DNA of 64,000 bases from Candidatus Nanopelagicales bacterium (GTDB lineage: Bacteria > Actinomycetota > Actinomycetes > S36-B12 > JAWKJK01). The first letter of the stretch is position 1. Every line of letters starts with the position of its first letter. The position numbers were made by a program, and so were the translations under genes. This document shows, piece after piece, positions 19,218-29,630 of this stretch. The DNA is taken from the NCBI GenBank assembly GCA_041393815.1, contig JAWKJK010000003.1, positions 153,562 to 217,561 of the forward strand, given 5' to 3'. The notes beneath the pieces were generated by a model that searched no databases, was not told the origin of the DNA, and worked only from the letters and a program-made list of their open reading frames with translations.

Positions 19218-20849
19218 GTGACCGTCGTCCCGCTCGCCCAGACCGACGCCTGGCAGGCCCTCGTCGCTCGGCGCGACGAGGTCGGCGCGACCCACCTGCG
19301 CGACCTGTTCGCCGCCGACCCGGGGCGCGCCGACCGCTACGTCGCGGAGGGCGCCGGCTGGACGCTGGACTACTCCAAGCAGCGGGTCGACGAGGAGACG
19401 CTGCGGCTGCTGCTGGCCCTGGCCGAGGCGCGCGGGGTCGCCGAGCGGCGCGACGCGATGTTCCGCGGAGATCGGATCAACGTGACCGAGGACCGGTCTG
19501 TGCTGCACATCGCGCTGCGGCTGCCGCGCGACGCGACCCTGGTCGTCGACGGCGTCGACGTCGTGGCCGAGGTGCACGCGGTGCTGGACCAGATGTCCTC
19601 GTTCGCCGACCGGGTGCGGTCGGGGGAGTGGACCGGCTTCACCGGCCGCCCGATCCGCAACGTCGTCAACATCGGGATCGGCGGATCCGACCTCGGCCCG
19701 GTGATGGCCTACCAGGCGCTGCGGCACTACTCCCGCCGGGACATGACGTTCCGCTTCGTCTCCAACGTCGACGGCACCGACTTCGCCGAGGCCACCCACG
19801 ACCTCGACCCGGCGGAGACGCTGTTCATCGTCGCCTCCAAGACGTTCACGACGCTGGAGACGATGACGAACGCCCGCACCGCGCGGGACTGGCTGCTCCA
19901 GGCGCTCGGGGACGAGTCCGCCGTCGCCAAGCACTTCGTCGCCGTGTCCACCAACGCCGGCGAGGTCGCGAAGTTCGGCATCGACACCGCGAACATGTTC
20001 GTCTTCTGGGACTGGGTCGGCGGTCGCTACTCGATGGACTCCTCGATCGGGCTGTCCACGATGATCGCGATCGGCCCGGACGGCTTCCGGGACCTGCTGG
20101 CCGGCTTCCACGCCATGGACGAGCACTTCCGGACCACCCCGTTCGAGGCGAACCTGCCGGTCCTGATGGGCCTGCTGTCGGTGTGGAACCGCGATCTGCT
20201 CGGCTGCGCGACGACCGCCGTGCTTCCGTACGACCAGTACCTGGTGCGCTTCCCGGCATACCTGCAGCAGCTCACGATGGAGAGCAACGGCAAGCACGTG
20301 ACGCTCGACGGCGGACCGGTGGGCGTTGACACCGGCGCCATCTTCTGGGGCGAGCCCGGCACCAACGGGCAGCACTCCTTCTACCAGCTCATCCACCAGG
20401 GCACGTCCGTCGTCCCGTGCGACTTCCTGCTGTTCGGCCGGCCGCTGAACCCGCTGGGGGAGCACCACGACCTGCTCGCCGCCAACGCGCTGGCGCAGGC
20501 GTCGGTGATGGCGTTCGGCCGCACCGCCGAGGAGGTCGCCGCCGACGGGACTGCACCGGACCTGGTGCCGCACAAGGTGATGGCCGGCAACCGGCCCTCG
20601 AACTTCCTGATGGCCGAGGTGCTCACGCCGTTCGCCCTGGGCGCCGCGGTCGCGCTGTACGAGCACAGCGTGTTCGTGCAGGGCGCCGTGTGGGGCATCG
20701 ACTCCTTCGACCAGTGGGGCGTGGAGCTGGGGAAGAAGGTGGCGATGGGGATCGTGCCTGCCCTCACCGGCACCGGCGAGGGTGAGGCGACCGACGCCTC
20801 GACCGCGGCCCTGGTCCGCCGCTACCGGGGCATCCGCGCCGGCGGCTGA
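19218..20849 (+). CDS. pgi: glucose-6-phosphate isomerase
   Basis: [43 protein letters not shown] and [14 protein letters not shown] motifs. GTG 19218 is preceded by GGAGGA. An in-frame GTG at 19143 (GTGA overlap with the zwf stop) is the alternative. Confidence 0.9.
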   Translation: MTVVPLAQTDAWQALVARRDEVGATHLRDLFAADPGRADRYVAEGAGWTLDYSKQRVDEETLRLLLALAEARGVAERRDAMFRGDRINVTEDRSVLHIALRLPRDATLVVDGVDVVAEVHAVLDQMSSFADRVRSGEWTGFTGRPIRNVVNIGIGGSDLGPVMAYQALRHYSRRDMTFRFVSNVDGTDFAEATHDLDPAETLFIVASKTFTTLETMTNARTARDWLLQALGDESAVAKHFVAVSTNAGEVAKFGIDTANMFVFWDWVGGRYSMDSSIGLSTMIAIGPDGFRDLLAGFHAMDEHFRTTPFEANLPVLMGLLSVWNRDLLGCATTAVLPYDQYLVRFPAYLQQLTMESNGKHVTLDGGPVGVDTGAIFWGEPGTNGQHSFYQLIHQGTSVVPCDFLLFGRPLNPLGEHHDLLAANALAQASVMAFGRTAEEVAADGTAPDLVPHKVMAGNRPSNFLMAEVLTPFALGAAVALYEHSVFVQGAVWGIDSFDQWGVELGKKVAMGIVPALTGTGEGEATDASTAALVRRYRGIRAGG

Positions 20850-20909
20850 CCGGCGACGGCCGGCAGGGGCCCGGTCTCTCCCGCGGCCCCGGCCCGTGCT
20901 TTCCAGCGC

Positions 20910-20965
20910 GAGTGGAGGGTTGTGGTGGAAGTCGATCGATCGACTTCCACCACAACCCTCCACTC
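20910..20965. repeat. perfect 56-bp palindrome (28-nt arms, no loop)
   Basis: GAGTGGAGGGTTGTGGTGGAAGTCGATC directly followed by its reverse complement. Lies between pgi and the DUF1707 gene. Confidence 0.9.
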
Positions 20966-21018
20966 GGCGACAACGCGCCACGCGGCGACGGGGTCGGGGG
21001 ACGCACTAGCCTGCAGGT

Positions 21019-21495
21019 GTGACCGATCCGTCCGAGCTGCGCGCGGGGGATGCCGACCGCGACCGCACCATCACCGTGCTCCGTGAGGCCTTCGCCGAGG
21101 GCCGGCTCACCGAGGCCGAGTTCGAGCAACGGATGTCCTCCGCGAGCTCGGCCCGCACGTTCGCCGACCTGCAGGCGCTCACGGCCGACCTGCCCGCCGC
21201 CGGCGGCGCCGCCCCTCAGCCGGCGGCCACCGCCCCGGTGCCGACACCGGCGAGCCAGGCACCGCCGCCCGCGCCGGACTACTACCGCGACCGCGACGTG
21301 CGTCGCTCCGACCGTGACCCGGTCAAGGCGATGTGGGCGTCCTGGGCTGGCGTCTCGCTGCTCATGGTGGTCATCTGGTTCGCCACCGGGATCACCAGCG
21401 ACCACGGGTTCAGCCTCAGTGGGTTCTGGCCGATCTGGGTCATCGCGCCGTGGGGCGCGGTCAACGTCATCGCGACCATCAACCGGCGGACCTAG
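21019..21495 (+). CDS. DUF1707 domain membrane protein
   Basis: LRAGDADRDRTITVLREAFAEGRLTEAEFEQRMSSA, then C-terminal TM segments. Confidence 0.75.
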   Translation: MTDPSELRAGDADRDRTITVLREAFAEGRLTEAEFEQRMSSASSARTFADLQALTADLPAAGGAAPQPAATAPVPTPASQAPPPAPDYYRDRDVRRSDRDPVKAMWASWAGVSLLMVVIWFATGITSDHGFSLSGFWPIWVIAPWGAVNVIATINRRT

Positions 21496-21536
21496 CAGCC
21501 CCGACCGCCCGGACCCCGACCGTCCGGCCGCGACAC

Positions 21537-21568
21537 GGCGCGGCGGGCGCCAGGACGCCCGCCGCGCC
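21537..21568. terminator. bidirectional hairpin between convergent genes
   Basis: GGCGCGGCGGGCG-CCAGGA-CGCCCGCCGCGCC. Confidence 0.45.
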
Positions 21569-21579
21569 GGCCTCGAGAC

Positions 21580-22950
21580 CTACTTCATCCGGAGCTGGTT
21601 GCAGGACAGCGCGCTGTAGTTGCCCGCCTTGTCGTACGAGCGCACGCAGAAGATGCCGCCGGTGTAGTTCCACGGCAGCTTGGCGCGGACGACGTAGACC
21701 TCGCCCCACTTCGACTCGGAGAAGTTCGTGGTGCCCTTGATCACGACCCGCGAGGCGCGGTTGCGGACGGTGATCTTCTCCTTGGTGATGCCGCTCTTCT
21801 CCCAGATCCGGTAGCGCAGCTTGGCGTAGCCACCGGGCTTGCCGAAGCTCACCAGCGCCTGCACCTTCGGCGCCGTCCGGTCCGGCACCACCGTCGGTGT
21901 CGACTGGGTCGGGGTGGGGGTGGACGTGGAGGGCGTCGGGCTGGCCGGCGTCGTGCCACCGGCGCCGAGCGGGACGCCGTACCCCGCCAGCCAGGAGGCG
22001 AAGGCCGACAGCCGGGTGTAGACGCCCGGGGTGTCGCCGGCGCAGCCCTGGCCGAAGCTGACCACGCCGACCAGGCGGGCGTCAGTGCCGGTGCCGTTGA
22101 CCAACGGGCCGCCGGAGTCGCCCTGGCAGGTGTCGACGATCTGCCCCGCAGAGTTCACTCCGCCTGCGCAGATCATCACCGTCGGGTTCGCGTCGTTGGG
22201 GCCGAGGCCCTGGAACGTGACGCCGTTGATCGTGTACGACTGCCCCTGGCCGCAGGAGCCGTAGGGGAACACCTGCAGGTCGGCCACCAGGTAGGAGCTG
22301 GGGAAGTCGTTGACCTGGAAGGCCCGGGTCCCCCAGCCCGCGGACGTCACGGGTGCTCCGGTGACGATCCGGGTCTGCGCCTCGGTCGGCGAGATGACCG
22401 TCATCGTGGGCACGCCGTCCAGCGGCGCGGCCAGCGTCAGCACGGCGACGTCATTGGTCGTCGTGGTCTCGTTGTACTGCGGGTAGACGTTGACCGTCGC
22501 GACCGGGACCACCTTGGCGGCCGGGTCGTTGAGGTCCTGGGCCGACGCGACCAGGATGCTCGCCGCCGGTGTCACGGCTCCCTCGTCCACCAGGCAGTGG
22601 GCAGCCGTCACGACGACCGTGCTCGTGACGAGCGTGCCGCCGCAGAACTGGGCCTGGTACAGCCCGTCGGTCTGGTAGGTCGACGCGTTGGCGAGCGCCA
22701 CCAGGAAGCCGAACTCACCGGGCACCGGGTCACGGCCGTGCACGATCCGCTGGTGCAGCCCGGTGCCGGAGCGCTCGGCCACCTTCGTCATCGGCGTGTC
22801 ACCGCGTGCCGTGGGCGTCGGCGCGGCACCCGTGGGGGCCGCGAGCACCAGTCCGGCCGCTCCGACCGCTACCGCGGAGGCGATCGCCACCGGGACGCGC
22901 ACCCGACGACCCTGAGCCGTTCCGAACCGACCACCGCCGTGCCGTCCCAT
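21580..22950 (-). CDS. secreted trypsin-like (S1) serine protease with a Pro/Thr linker and an extra C-terminal domain
   Basis: Signal peptide, then [15 protein letters not shown]...VTAAHC...NDVAVLTL...[10 protein letters not shown]. Start at the internal ATG (MGRHGGG). Confidence 0.85.
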   Translation of the reverse strand: MGRHGGGRFGTAQGRRVRVPVAIASAVAVGAAGLVLAAPTGAAPTPTARGDTPMTKVAERSGTGLHQRIVHGRDPVPGEFGFLVALANASTYQTDGLYQAQFCGGTLVTSTVVVTAAHCLVDEGAVTPAASILVASAQDLNDPAAKVVPVATVNVYPQYNETTTTNDVAVLTLAAPLDGVPTMTVISPTEAQTRIVTGAPVTSAGWGTRAFQVNDFPSSYLVADLQVFPYGSCGQGQSYTINGVTFQGLGPNDANPTVMICAGGVNSAGQIVDTCQGDSGGPLVNGTGTDARLVGVVSFGQGCAGDTPGVYTRLSAFASWLAGYGVPLGAGGTTPASPTPSTSTPTPTQSTPTVVPDRTAPKVQALVSFGKPGGYAKLRYRIWEKSGITKEKITVRNRASRVVIKGTTNFSESKWGEVYVVRAKLPWNYTGGIFCVRSYDKAGNYSALSCNQLRMK

Positions 22951-23279
22951 GTCGGCCCCCTCACGGGCCACCGCCCGCGCGCGGTACGCGCGGCGCCGGG
23001 CCCACAGGACCATCGTGGACCCCCGCGAGGGTCGAAGGGAGGGCCAACCGGCCGATTCCTCCGTGGCTCCCGGAGGAATCGGCCCGGCGCAGGCCTTCCC
23101 CGTGTGCGCCCGTCAGCCACTGTCGGGGCCGCGGCGGCGCAGGTGGCGCTCGTACCAGCGACCGAGGAGCGCGGTCGTGGGTGGGCCCTTTGGCCTCTGG
23201 CTCGCGTCGGGGGGACGGCCACAGCCTGGGACTGCCGCGCTACTCCAGAGTGCACCTCCGGGATTGAGTCGATGCCGTC

Positions 23280-23852
23280 ATGAAGCCCGGACGCCGTCTG
23301 CTTGTCCCCGTCGTCGTGGCGGTCCTGGCGGTGGGCGGCTGCACCACGGCTGGCTCCGGCCCCGAGGCTACGGGACCGCCACCGCCACCCACGCCGAGCG
23401 GATGGGGGTACGGGCCGACGACCGCACCCGTCTCATCCGTGGCGGAGGCACACTTCGGCGGTGCGTCGGTCCGGGCGGACCGGACGTGGCCGGAGCCCTC
23501 CACGGCCATGGACCTCGTGGAGTTCCGCTTCTTCCGGGGTACGCCGGGGTGCCACGTGCGCTACGTCGAACCTCCCGTGACCGACGAGGTGTCGGGTGAC
23601 CCCGTCGAAGTCCAGGGGGCCGCATTCCTCCAGGTCAGCTGCCACCCGGTGACCTCCCTCATCCACGGCACCGACAACGTCGACCGCTACCGCAGCCCCG
23701 ACACCAAGAACGTCACCGAGCTCGCCGGGACCGGGTACGACGGATCGACGCTCACCTGGACGATCGGCCTCCGGCGCCGGTCTCCCTTCGGAGTCGCTGT
23801 GATCATGGACGGCGGGTCACCCTCGGGGGTCAGTGTCGGAATCGTGCAGTAG
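23280..23852 (+). CDS. hypothetical lipoprotein
   Basis: MKPGRRLLVPVVVAVLAVGGC has a lipobox-like signal. Confidence 0.6.
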   Translation: MKPGRRLLVPVVVAVLAVGGCTTAGSGPEATGPPPPPTPSGWGYGPTTAPVSSVAEAHFGGASVRADRTWPEPSTAMDLVEFRFFRGTPGCHVRYVEPPVTDEVSGDPVEVQGAAFLQVSCHPVTSLIHGTDNVDRYRSPDTKNVTELAGTGYDGSTLTWTIGLRRRSPFGVAVIMDGGSPSGVSVGIVQ

Positions 23853-24115
23853 GCCTCGGCCGGCCGGTGTACTTGGACGGGCCTATCCGCTGTGGCACCA
23901 GCGGATTGGACCAGACCTCGCTGGGCGTGTCGCGTCAGTCCAGGAAGTCGCGGAGTAGCGGCGACTCATGCGCTGTGCGTTCCCCTCAGTCCCTCAGCGG
24001 ATTCCGAGCGCTGACAGAGCGCAGCTGGACGGCTACCCAGGGGGATGGCCGACGCGTGCGGGACGGGACCCTGAGACTGGAGAGCAGTCAGCGAGAGTCT
24101 TTGAGTCGCAGCGAC

Positions 24116-24967
24116 TTACGTCCCGTCGGTGCCCCGGCGGCGCAGGTAGCGTTCGAACTCTCGGGCGATCGCCTCGCCGCTGGCCTCAGGCAGCTCGGTG
24201 GTGTCGCGCGCCTCCTCGAGCTGGCGGACGTACTCCGCCACCTCCTCGTCCTCGGCCGCGAGCTCGTCCACGCCGAGCTCCCAGGCCCGGGCATCCTCGA
24301 CCAGGTCGCCGAGCGGGACCGGGACGTCGAGCAGGTCCTCGATCCGTCGCACGAGCGCCAGGGTGGCCTTCGGGCACGGGGGCTGGGCGACGTAGTGCGG
24401 GACCGCTGCCCACAGCGACACCGCGGGCACGCCGGCCCGGGCGCAGGCGTCCTGCAGCACGCCGACGATCCCGGTGGGGCCCTCGTACGTGGAGGGCTCC
24501 AGGCCGATCTGGCGGGCGAACCCGCCGTCGCTGGCGGTGCCGGTCACGGGGACGGGCCGGGTGTGCGGGGAGTCCGAGAGCAGGGCGCCGAGCGTGACGA
24601 TCATCTCCACCCCGAGCTCGGCGGAGTAGCCGAGGAGCTCCCGGGTGAACTGCTGCCAGCGCATGTTCGGCTCGAGGCCGTCGACCAGCACGACGTCCCG
24701 CGGCGCCAGCGGCAGCCGGGCCACGTAGATGCGGGTGGTCGGCCAGGTGAGCTCGCGCACCCCCTCCTCGTTGAGGGAGATCCGCGGCCGGTTCACCTGG
24801 TAGTCGTAGTAGTCCTCCGGGTCGATCTCGGCGAGCGGGCGGGCGTCCCAGACCTCGATCAGGTGGCCGACCGCGCCGCTGGCCGCGTCCCCCGCGTCGT
24901 TCCAGCCCTCGAACGCGGCGACCATGACCGGGTCGACCAGTTCGGGCAGCGTCTCGAACTCGATCAC
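24116..24967 (-). CDS. PAC2 (proteasome assembly chaperone 2-like) family protein
   Basis: MIEFETLPELVDPVMVAAFEGWNDAGDAASGAV...DYYDYQVNRP. Confidence 0.85.
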   Translation of the reverse strand: MIEFETLPELVDPVMVAAFEGWNDAGDAASGAVGHLIEVWDARPLAEIDPEDYYDYQVNRPRISLNEEGVRELTWPTTRIYVARLPLAPRDVVLVDGLEPNMRWQQFTRELLGYSAELGVEMIVTLGALLSDSPHTRPVPVTGTASDGGFARQIGLEPSTYEGPTGIVGVLQDACARAGVPAVSLWAAVPHYVAQPPCPKATLALVRRIEDLLDVPVPLGDLVEDARAWELGVDELAAEDEEVAEYVRQLEEARDTTELPEASGEAIAREFERYLRRRGTDGT

Positions 24968-25992
24968 CCGTCACCTCCGTCGGACCCTGACCCTGCGTAC
25001 GCCTCCTCGGCGGCCGCCCGCACCAGCCCGGCCACCAGGGCCGGCCACTGCAACGGTACGTCGTGCAGCGCGCCCTCCCAGCGTTGCAGCCGGGGCCGCG
25101 CCAGCAGCGCTGCGGCGCGCCGTTGTCCCTCCTCGCGGGCCAGCCGCCAGTGGGCGTCACCGTACGGGTCCCCGCCGGGGCGCTCGACCGGCGCGCAGGC
25201 GACCACCCAGGCCGGGCAGGCGACCCGATCCAGGACGGGCGAAGGGTCGTGGTCGAGCAGGCCGTCCAGCACCGCCATGTGCCGCTGGAACCCCAGCCGG
25301 GTCCGGGCCAATCCGTCGTCACCCACCTCGAAGGTCGGGAGCAGCGCGTCCCGGACGTCGTCGGTCCACCAGCCGGCCAGCGGACCCGATCGCAGCATCG
25401 GCTCGACCTCGGCCGGGGGCAGTTCGATCCGTGGCGGAGTGAGCCGCTGCCGGACCTCGTGCTGCGGTCCGAGGTCGGCCAGGGTGGTGACGCCGCCGTC
25501 GATCGCGACCGCGGCCGCGGTGCGATCGGGATGGCGCGCCGCGGCGGCCAGCGCGACCGCGGCACCCCAGGAGTGGCCGACCACGACCGCGTCGTCCCAG
25601 CCCAGGGCGTCCAGGGCGGCCGCCACGTCGTCGGCGCAGCGGTCCACCGCGTACGGGTTCGGACCGCCGTCCTGGGGCCGCGCCGGACGGCCGGAGTCGC
25701 CGTGGCCGCGCTGGTCCACGGCTGCTCGCTCCACGCCGGCGAGGTGGCGCAGCACCGGGCGCCAGAACCGCCGCTGCTGGGACAGCCCGTGCAGCAGCAG
25801 GACCCGCCCAGGAGCGCGATCCGACGATGTCACCGGCCCGATGTCCCCGGGGGCTGCCGGCCATCTGGTCGCGACCAGCGTGACGCCGTCGCCGGTGCCG
25901 ACCGTGACGTCCTGGCCGCCGAGGAACGGCCCTCGCGGTCCCATCGGGCCCCGCCCCTCGGGGGCGGACGACGTGCCCGCGGCCTCGTGCAT
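24964..25992 (-). CDS. alpha/beta hydrolase
   Basis: VLLLHGLSQQRRFW and the GHSWG nucleophile elbow. Its stop overlaps the PAC2 start (ATGA). Confidence 0.8.
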   Translation of the reverse strand: MHEAAGTSSAPEGRGPMGPRGPFLGGQDVTVGTGDGVTLVATRWPAAPGDIGPVTSSDRAPGRVLLLHGLSQQRRFWRPVLRHLAGVERAAVDQRGHGDSGRPARPQDGGPNPYAVDRCADDVAAALDALGWDDAVVVGHSWGAAVALAAAARHPDRTAAAVAIDGGVTTLADLGPQHEVRQRLTPPRIELPPAEVEPMLRSGPLAGWWTDDVRDALLPTFEVGDDGLARTRLGFQRHMAVLDGLLDHDPSPVLDRVACPAWVVACAPVERPGGDPYGDAHWRLAREEGQRRAAALLARPRLQRWEGALHDVPLQWPALVAGLVRAAAEEAYAGSGSDGGDG

Positions 25993-26049
25993 GGCCGCCA
26001 CGCTAGCGGTGCCGTGGGGTCCCGGCTCGCTCGTTAGGCTTCCCCCACC

Positions 26050-29000
26050 ATGGCTGACCACCCCTCGCTCCTCGACGCCCTGCGCCAGCGCGTCGTCGTT
26101 GCCGACGGCGCGATGGGCACGATGCTGCAGGCCGCCGACCTCACCCTCGACGACTTCGAGGGGCACGAGGGCTGCAACGAGATCCTCAACGTCACCCGCC
26201 CCGACGTCGTCGCCGGCGTGCACGAGGCCTACCTCGCGGTCGGGGTCGACTGCGTCGAGACCAACACGTTCGGCGCCAACCTGGCCAACCTGGGCGAGTA
26301 CGGCATCTCCTCGCGCATCTTCGAACTGGCCGAGGCGGGTGCGCGGGTCGCCCACGAAGTCACCCGAGCCTGGTCCACCCCGGACCGGCCGCGCTGGGTG
26401 CTGGGGTCGGTCGGCCCGGGCACGAAGCTGCCCACGCTGGGCCACGTGACGTACGCCGAGCTCCGCGACGCCTACGAGCAGCAGGTCGCCGGCATGGTGT
26501 CTGGCGGGGTGGACGGCATCCTGATCGAGACGGCGCAGGACCTGCTGCAGGCCAAGGCCGCGATCATCGGGGCCCGGCGGGCGCTGGCCCGGGCCGGCGT
26601 GTCGCTGCCCGTGCTCGCCCAGGTGACGGTCGAGACCACCGGCACGATGCTGCTGGGATCGGAGATCGGCGCGGCGCTGACGGCGCTTGAGCCGCTGGGC
26701 ATCGACGTGATCGGCCTCAACTGCGCGACCGGTCCGACGGAGATGAGCGAGCACCTGCGCCACCTGTCACGGCACGGACGGATCTCGTTGTCCTGCATGC
26801 CCAATGCCGGTCTGCCCGTCCTCACCGCCGACGGCGCGCACTACCCGCTCACCCCGGACGAGCTGGCGGCCGCCCACGACACGTTCACCCGCGAGTACGG
26901 CCTCGGCCTGGTCGGCGGCTGCTGCGGCACCACGCCGGAGCACCTGCGCGCCGTGGTCGAGCGGGTCGGCGGGCGCGAGGTGGCGCCTCGGCGGCCGCGT
27001 CCGGAGCCGGGTGCGGCGTCGCTGTACCAGTCGGTCCCGTTCCGCCAGGACACGGCGTACCTGTCGATCGGCGAGAGGACCAACGCCAACGGCTCCAAGG
27101 CGTTCCGCGAGGCCATGCTGGCTGGGCGGTGGGACGACTGCGTGGAGATCGCGCGCGACCAGATCCGCGACGGGGCCCATCTGCTGGACCTGTGCGTGGA
27201 CTACGTCGGGCGCGACGGTGTCGCCGACATGCGCGAGATCGCCGGGCGGCTGGCGACCGCGTCGACGCTGCCGCTGGTGCTGGACTCCACCGAGCCCGAG
27301 GTGCTGCAAGCCGGCCTCGAGATGCTCGGCGGCCGACCGGTCATCAACTCGGTCAACTACGAGGACGGAGACGGCCCCGGGTCCCGCATCTCGCGGATCA
27401 TGCCGCTGGTCGTCGAACACGGCGCCGCCGTCGTCGCCCTCACCATCGACGAGGAGGGGCAGGCGCGCACGGCGGAGTGGAAGGTGCGGGTCGCCGACCG
27501 GCTCATCAGGGACCTGCGGGACCGCTGGGGGATGCGGGTCGAGGACGTCATCGTCGACTGCCTGACGTTCCCGATCGCGACCGGACAGGAGGAGACCCGC
27601 CGGGACGCGATCGAGACCCTCGAGGCCATCCGCGAGGTCAAGCGGCTGTACCCGCAGGTGCAGACGACACTGGGCCTGTCGAACGTGTCGTTCGGGCTAA
27701 ACCCGGCCGCGCGCCAGGTGCTCAACTCGGTGTTCCTGCACGAGGCCGTGCAGGCAGGTCTGGACTCCGCGATCGTGCATGCGTCGAAGATCCTGCCGAT
27801 GTCGCGCATCCCGGATGAGCAGCGGCAGGTGGCGCTCGACCTGGTCTACGACCGTCGTCGCTACGACGAGTCCGGCGACGTGGCCTACGACCCGCTGCAG
27901 CGGTTCCTGGAGCTGTTCGAGGGCGTCGAGACCACGTCGCTGCGGCAGAGCAAGGCCCAGGAGCTGGCCGCGCTGCCGCTGTTCGAGCGGCTGGAGCGCC
28001 GGATCATCGACGGGGAGCGGCAGGGGCTGGAGGCCGACCTCGACGCGGCGTTGGCCGAGCGGCCCGCGCTGGAGATCGTCAACGGGACGCTGCTGGCCGG
28101 CATGAAGGTCGTCGGCGACCTGTTCGGCGCGGGTGAGATGCAGCTGCCGTTCGTGCTGCAGAGCGCCGAGGTGATGAAGGCGGCGGTCGCCCACCTCGAG
28201 CCGCACATGGAGCGCACCGACGAGTCGGGCAAGGGCACCATCGTCCTGGCCACGGTCAAGGGCGACGTGCACGACATCGGCAAGAACCTGGTCGACATCA
28301 TCCTGAGCAACAACGGCTACACGGTCGTCAACATCGGCATCAAGCAGCCGGTCAGCGCGATCCTCGAGGCCGCGGAGAGTAGCTCCGCCGACGCCATCGG
28401 CATGTCCGGGCTGCTGGTCAAGAGCACCGTGGTGATGAAGGAGAACCTCGAGGAGATGAACGCCCGCGGCGTCGCTGCGCGCTGGCCGGTGCTCCTCGGC
28501 GGCGCCGCGCTCACCCGGGCCTACGTCGAGCAGGACCTGGCCGCGATGTACGAGGGCGACGTGCGCTACGCCCGCGACGCGTTCGAGGGCCTTCGGCTGA
28601 TGGACGCGGTGATGGCGGTCAAGCGCGGCGAGCCGGGAGCGGCGCTGCCGGAGCGCCGGGAGCGCCGGGTCCGGCCGGGCGCGGGCCGCGGGCCGGTGAC
28701 CACTCCGCTCGACGAGTTGCCGGCGCGCTCCGACGTCGCCGTGGACGTGCCGGTCCCCGTACCCCCGTTCTGGGGCTCCCGCGTGGTCAAGGGACTCAAG
28801 CTCGCCGACTACGTGCGCTACCTGGACGAGAGGGCCACGTTCCTGGGTCAGTGGGGGCTGAAGTCCGCACGCGGCGACGGGCCGTCGTACGACGAGCTGG
28901 TCGAGACCGAGGGTCGGCCGCGGCTGCGGTACTGGCTGGACCGGGTGCAGACCGAGGCGATCCTCGAGCCGGCTGTCGTCTACGGGTACTTCCCCTGCTA

Positions 29001-29559
29001 CTCCGAGGGCGACGACCTGGTCGTGCTGTGGCACGAGGGCTCGCGGGCGGGGGAGGAGCGGGCCCGGTTCACCTTCCCGCGGCAGCGCCGTGGCCGGCAC
29101 CTGTGCCTGGCGGACTTCTTCCGGCCGAAGGAGTCCGGGCAGACCGACGTGGTCGCGTTCCACGTGGTCACCATGGGCAACGCGGTCTCGGAGGCGACGG
29201 CGAAGCTGTTCGAGTCCGACTCCTACCGGGACTACCTGGAGCTGCACGGGCTGTCGGTCCAGCTGACCGAGGCGCTGGCGGAGTACTGGCACGCGCGGGT
29301 CCGCTCGGAGCTGGGGCTGGACGCCGACGACGACCCCGACATGGAGAAGCTCATCGGCAAGCAGGGCTACCGGGGGTCGCGCTACTCCTTCGGCTACCCC
29401 GCCTGCCCGGACGTGGAGCAGCAGGCGCTCCTGGTGGACCTGCTGGACCCTGGGCGGATCGGGGTGGAGTTGTCCGAGGAGTTCCAGCTGCACCCGGAGC
29501 AGTCGACCAGCGCCCTGATCGTCCACCACCCCGAGGCCAAGTACTTCAACGCTACGTAG
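26050..29559 (+). CDS. metH: cobalamin-dependent methionine synthase
   Basis: 1169 aa with Hcy, pterin, B12 (GDVHDIGKN) and AdoMet reactivation domains all readable. Confidence 0.95.
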   Translation: MADHPSLLDALRQRVVVADGAMGTMLQAADLTLDDFEGHEGCNEILNVTRPDVVAGVHEAYLAVGVDCVETNTFGANLANLGEYGISSRIFELAEAGARVAHEVTRAWSTPDRPRWVLGSVGPGTKLPTLGHVTYAELRDAYEQQVAGMVSGGVDGILIETAQDLLQAKAAIIGARRALARAGVSLPVLAQVTVETTGTMLLGSEIGAALTALEPLGIDVIGLNCATGPTEMSEHLRHLSRHGRISLSCMPNAGLPVLTADGAHYPLTPDELAAAHDTFTREYGLGLVGGCCGTTPEHLRAVVERVGGREVAPRRPRPEPGAASLYQSVPFRQDTAYLSIGERTNANGSKAFREAMLAGRWDDCVEIARDQIRDGAHLLDLCVDYVGRDGVADMREIAGRLATASTLPLVLDSTEPEVLQAGLEMLGGRPVINSVNYEDGDGPGSRISRIMPLVVEHGAAVVALTIDEEGQARTAEWKVRVADRLIRDLRDRWGMRVEDVIVDCLTFPIATGQEETRRDAIETLEAIREVKRLYPQVQTTLGLSNVSFGLNPAARQVLNSVFLHEAVQAGLDSAIVHASKILPMSRIPDEQRQVALDLVYDRRRYDESGDVAYDPLQRFLELFEGVETTSLRQSKAQELAALPLFERLERRIIDGERQGLEADLDAALAERPALEIVNGTLLAGMKVVGDLFGAGEMQLPFVLQSAEVMKAAVAHLEPHMERTDESGKGTIVLATVKGDVHDIGKNLVDIILSNNGYTVVNIGIKQPVSAILEAAESSSADAIGMSGLLVKSTVVMKENLEEMNARGVAARWPVLLGGAALTRAYVEQDLAAMYEGDVRYARDAFEGLRLMDAVMAVKRGEPGAALPERRERRVRPGAGRGPVTTPLDELPARSDVAVDVPVPVPPFWGSRVVKGLKLADYVRYLDERATFLGQWGLKSARGDGPSYDELVETEGRPRLRYWLDRVQTEAILEPAVVYGYFPCYSEGDDLVVLWHEGSRAGEERARFTFPRQRRGRHLCLADFFRPKESGQTDVVAFHVVTMGNAVSEATAKLFESDSYRDYLELHGLSVQLTEALAEYWHARVRSELGLDADDDPDMEKLIGKQGYRGSRYSFGYPACPDVEQQALLVDLLDPGRIGVELSEEFQLHPEQSTSALIVHHPEAKYFNAT

Positions 29560-29630
29560 GGCAGCACGAGCCGTTGCGGCACATCACTATCCCTGGTGGG
29601 CATCCTTTCGCCCTTGGCGGGTAGGTCACC

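Noticed and set aside
18807-20981. 724-aa minus-strand ORF opposite pgi. Similar long antisense ORFs lie opposite arc (40368..42665), pafA (53370..55160), metH (27697..29529), dop (45645..47318) and helY (62209..63951).
   Set aside because: All lie opposite genes with unambiguous conserved motifs. Their products are low-complexity and Arg/Gly/Pro-rich.
25993-26049. Possible cobalamin riboswitch upstream of metH.
   Set aside because: The spacer is only about 57 nt, far too short for a B12 element, and no B12-box-like sequence was seen. B12 riboswitches normally control metE rather than metH.
23867-26449. 860-aa + strand ORF spanning the PAC2 and alpha/beta hydrolase region into metH.
   Set aside because: It is antisense to two well-supported minus-strand genes. 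It has no motif content, and the real metH begins at 26050 in a different reading context.
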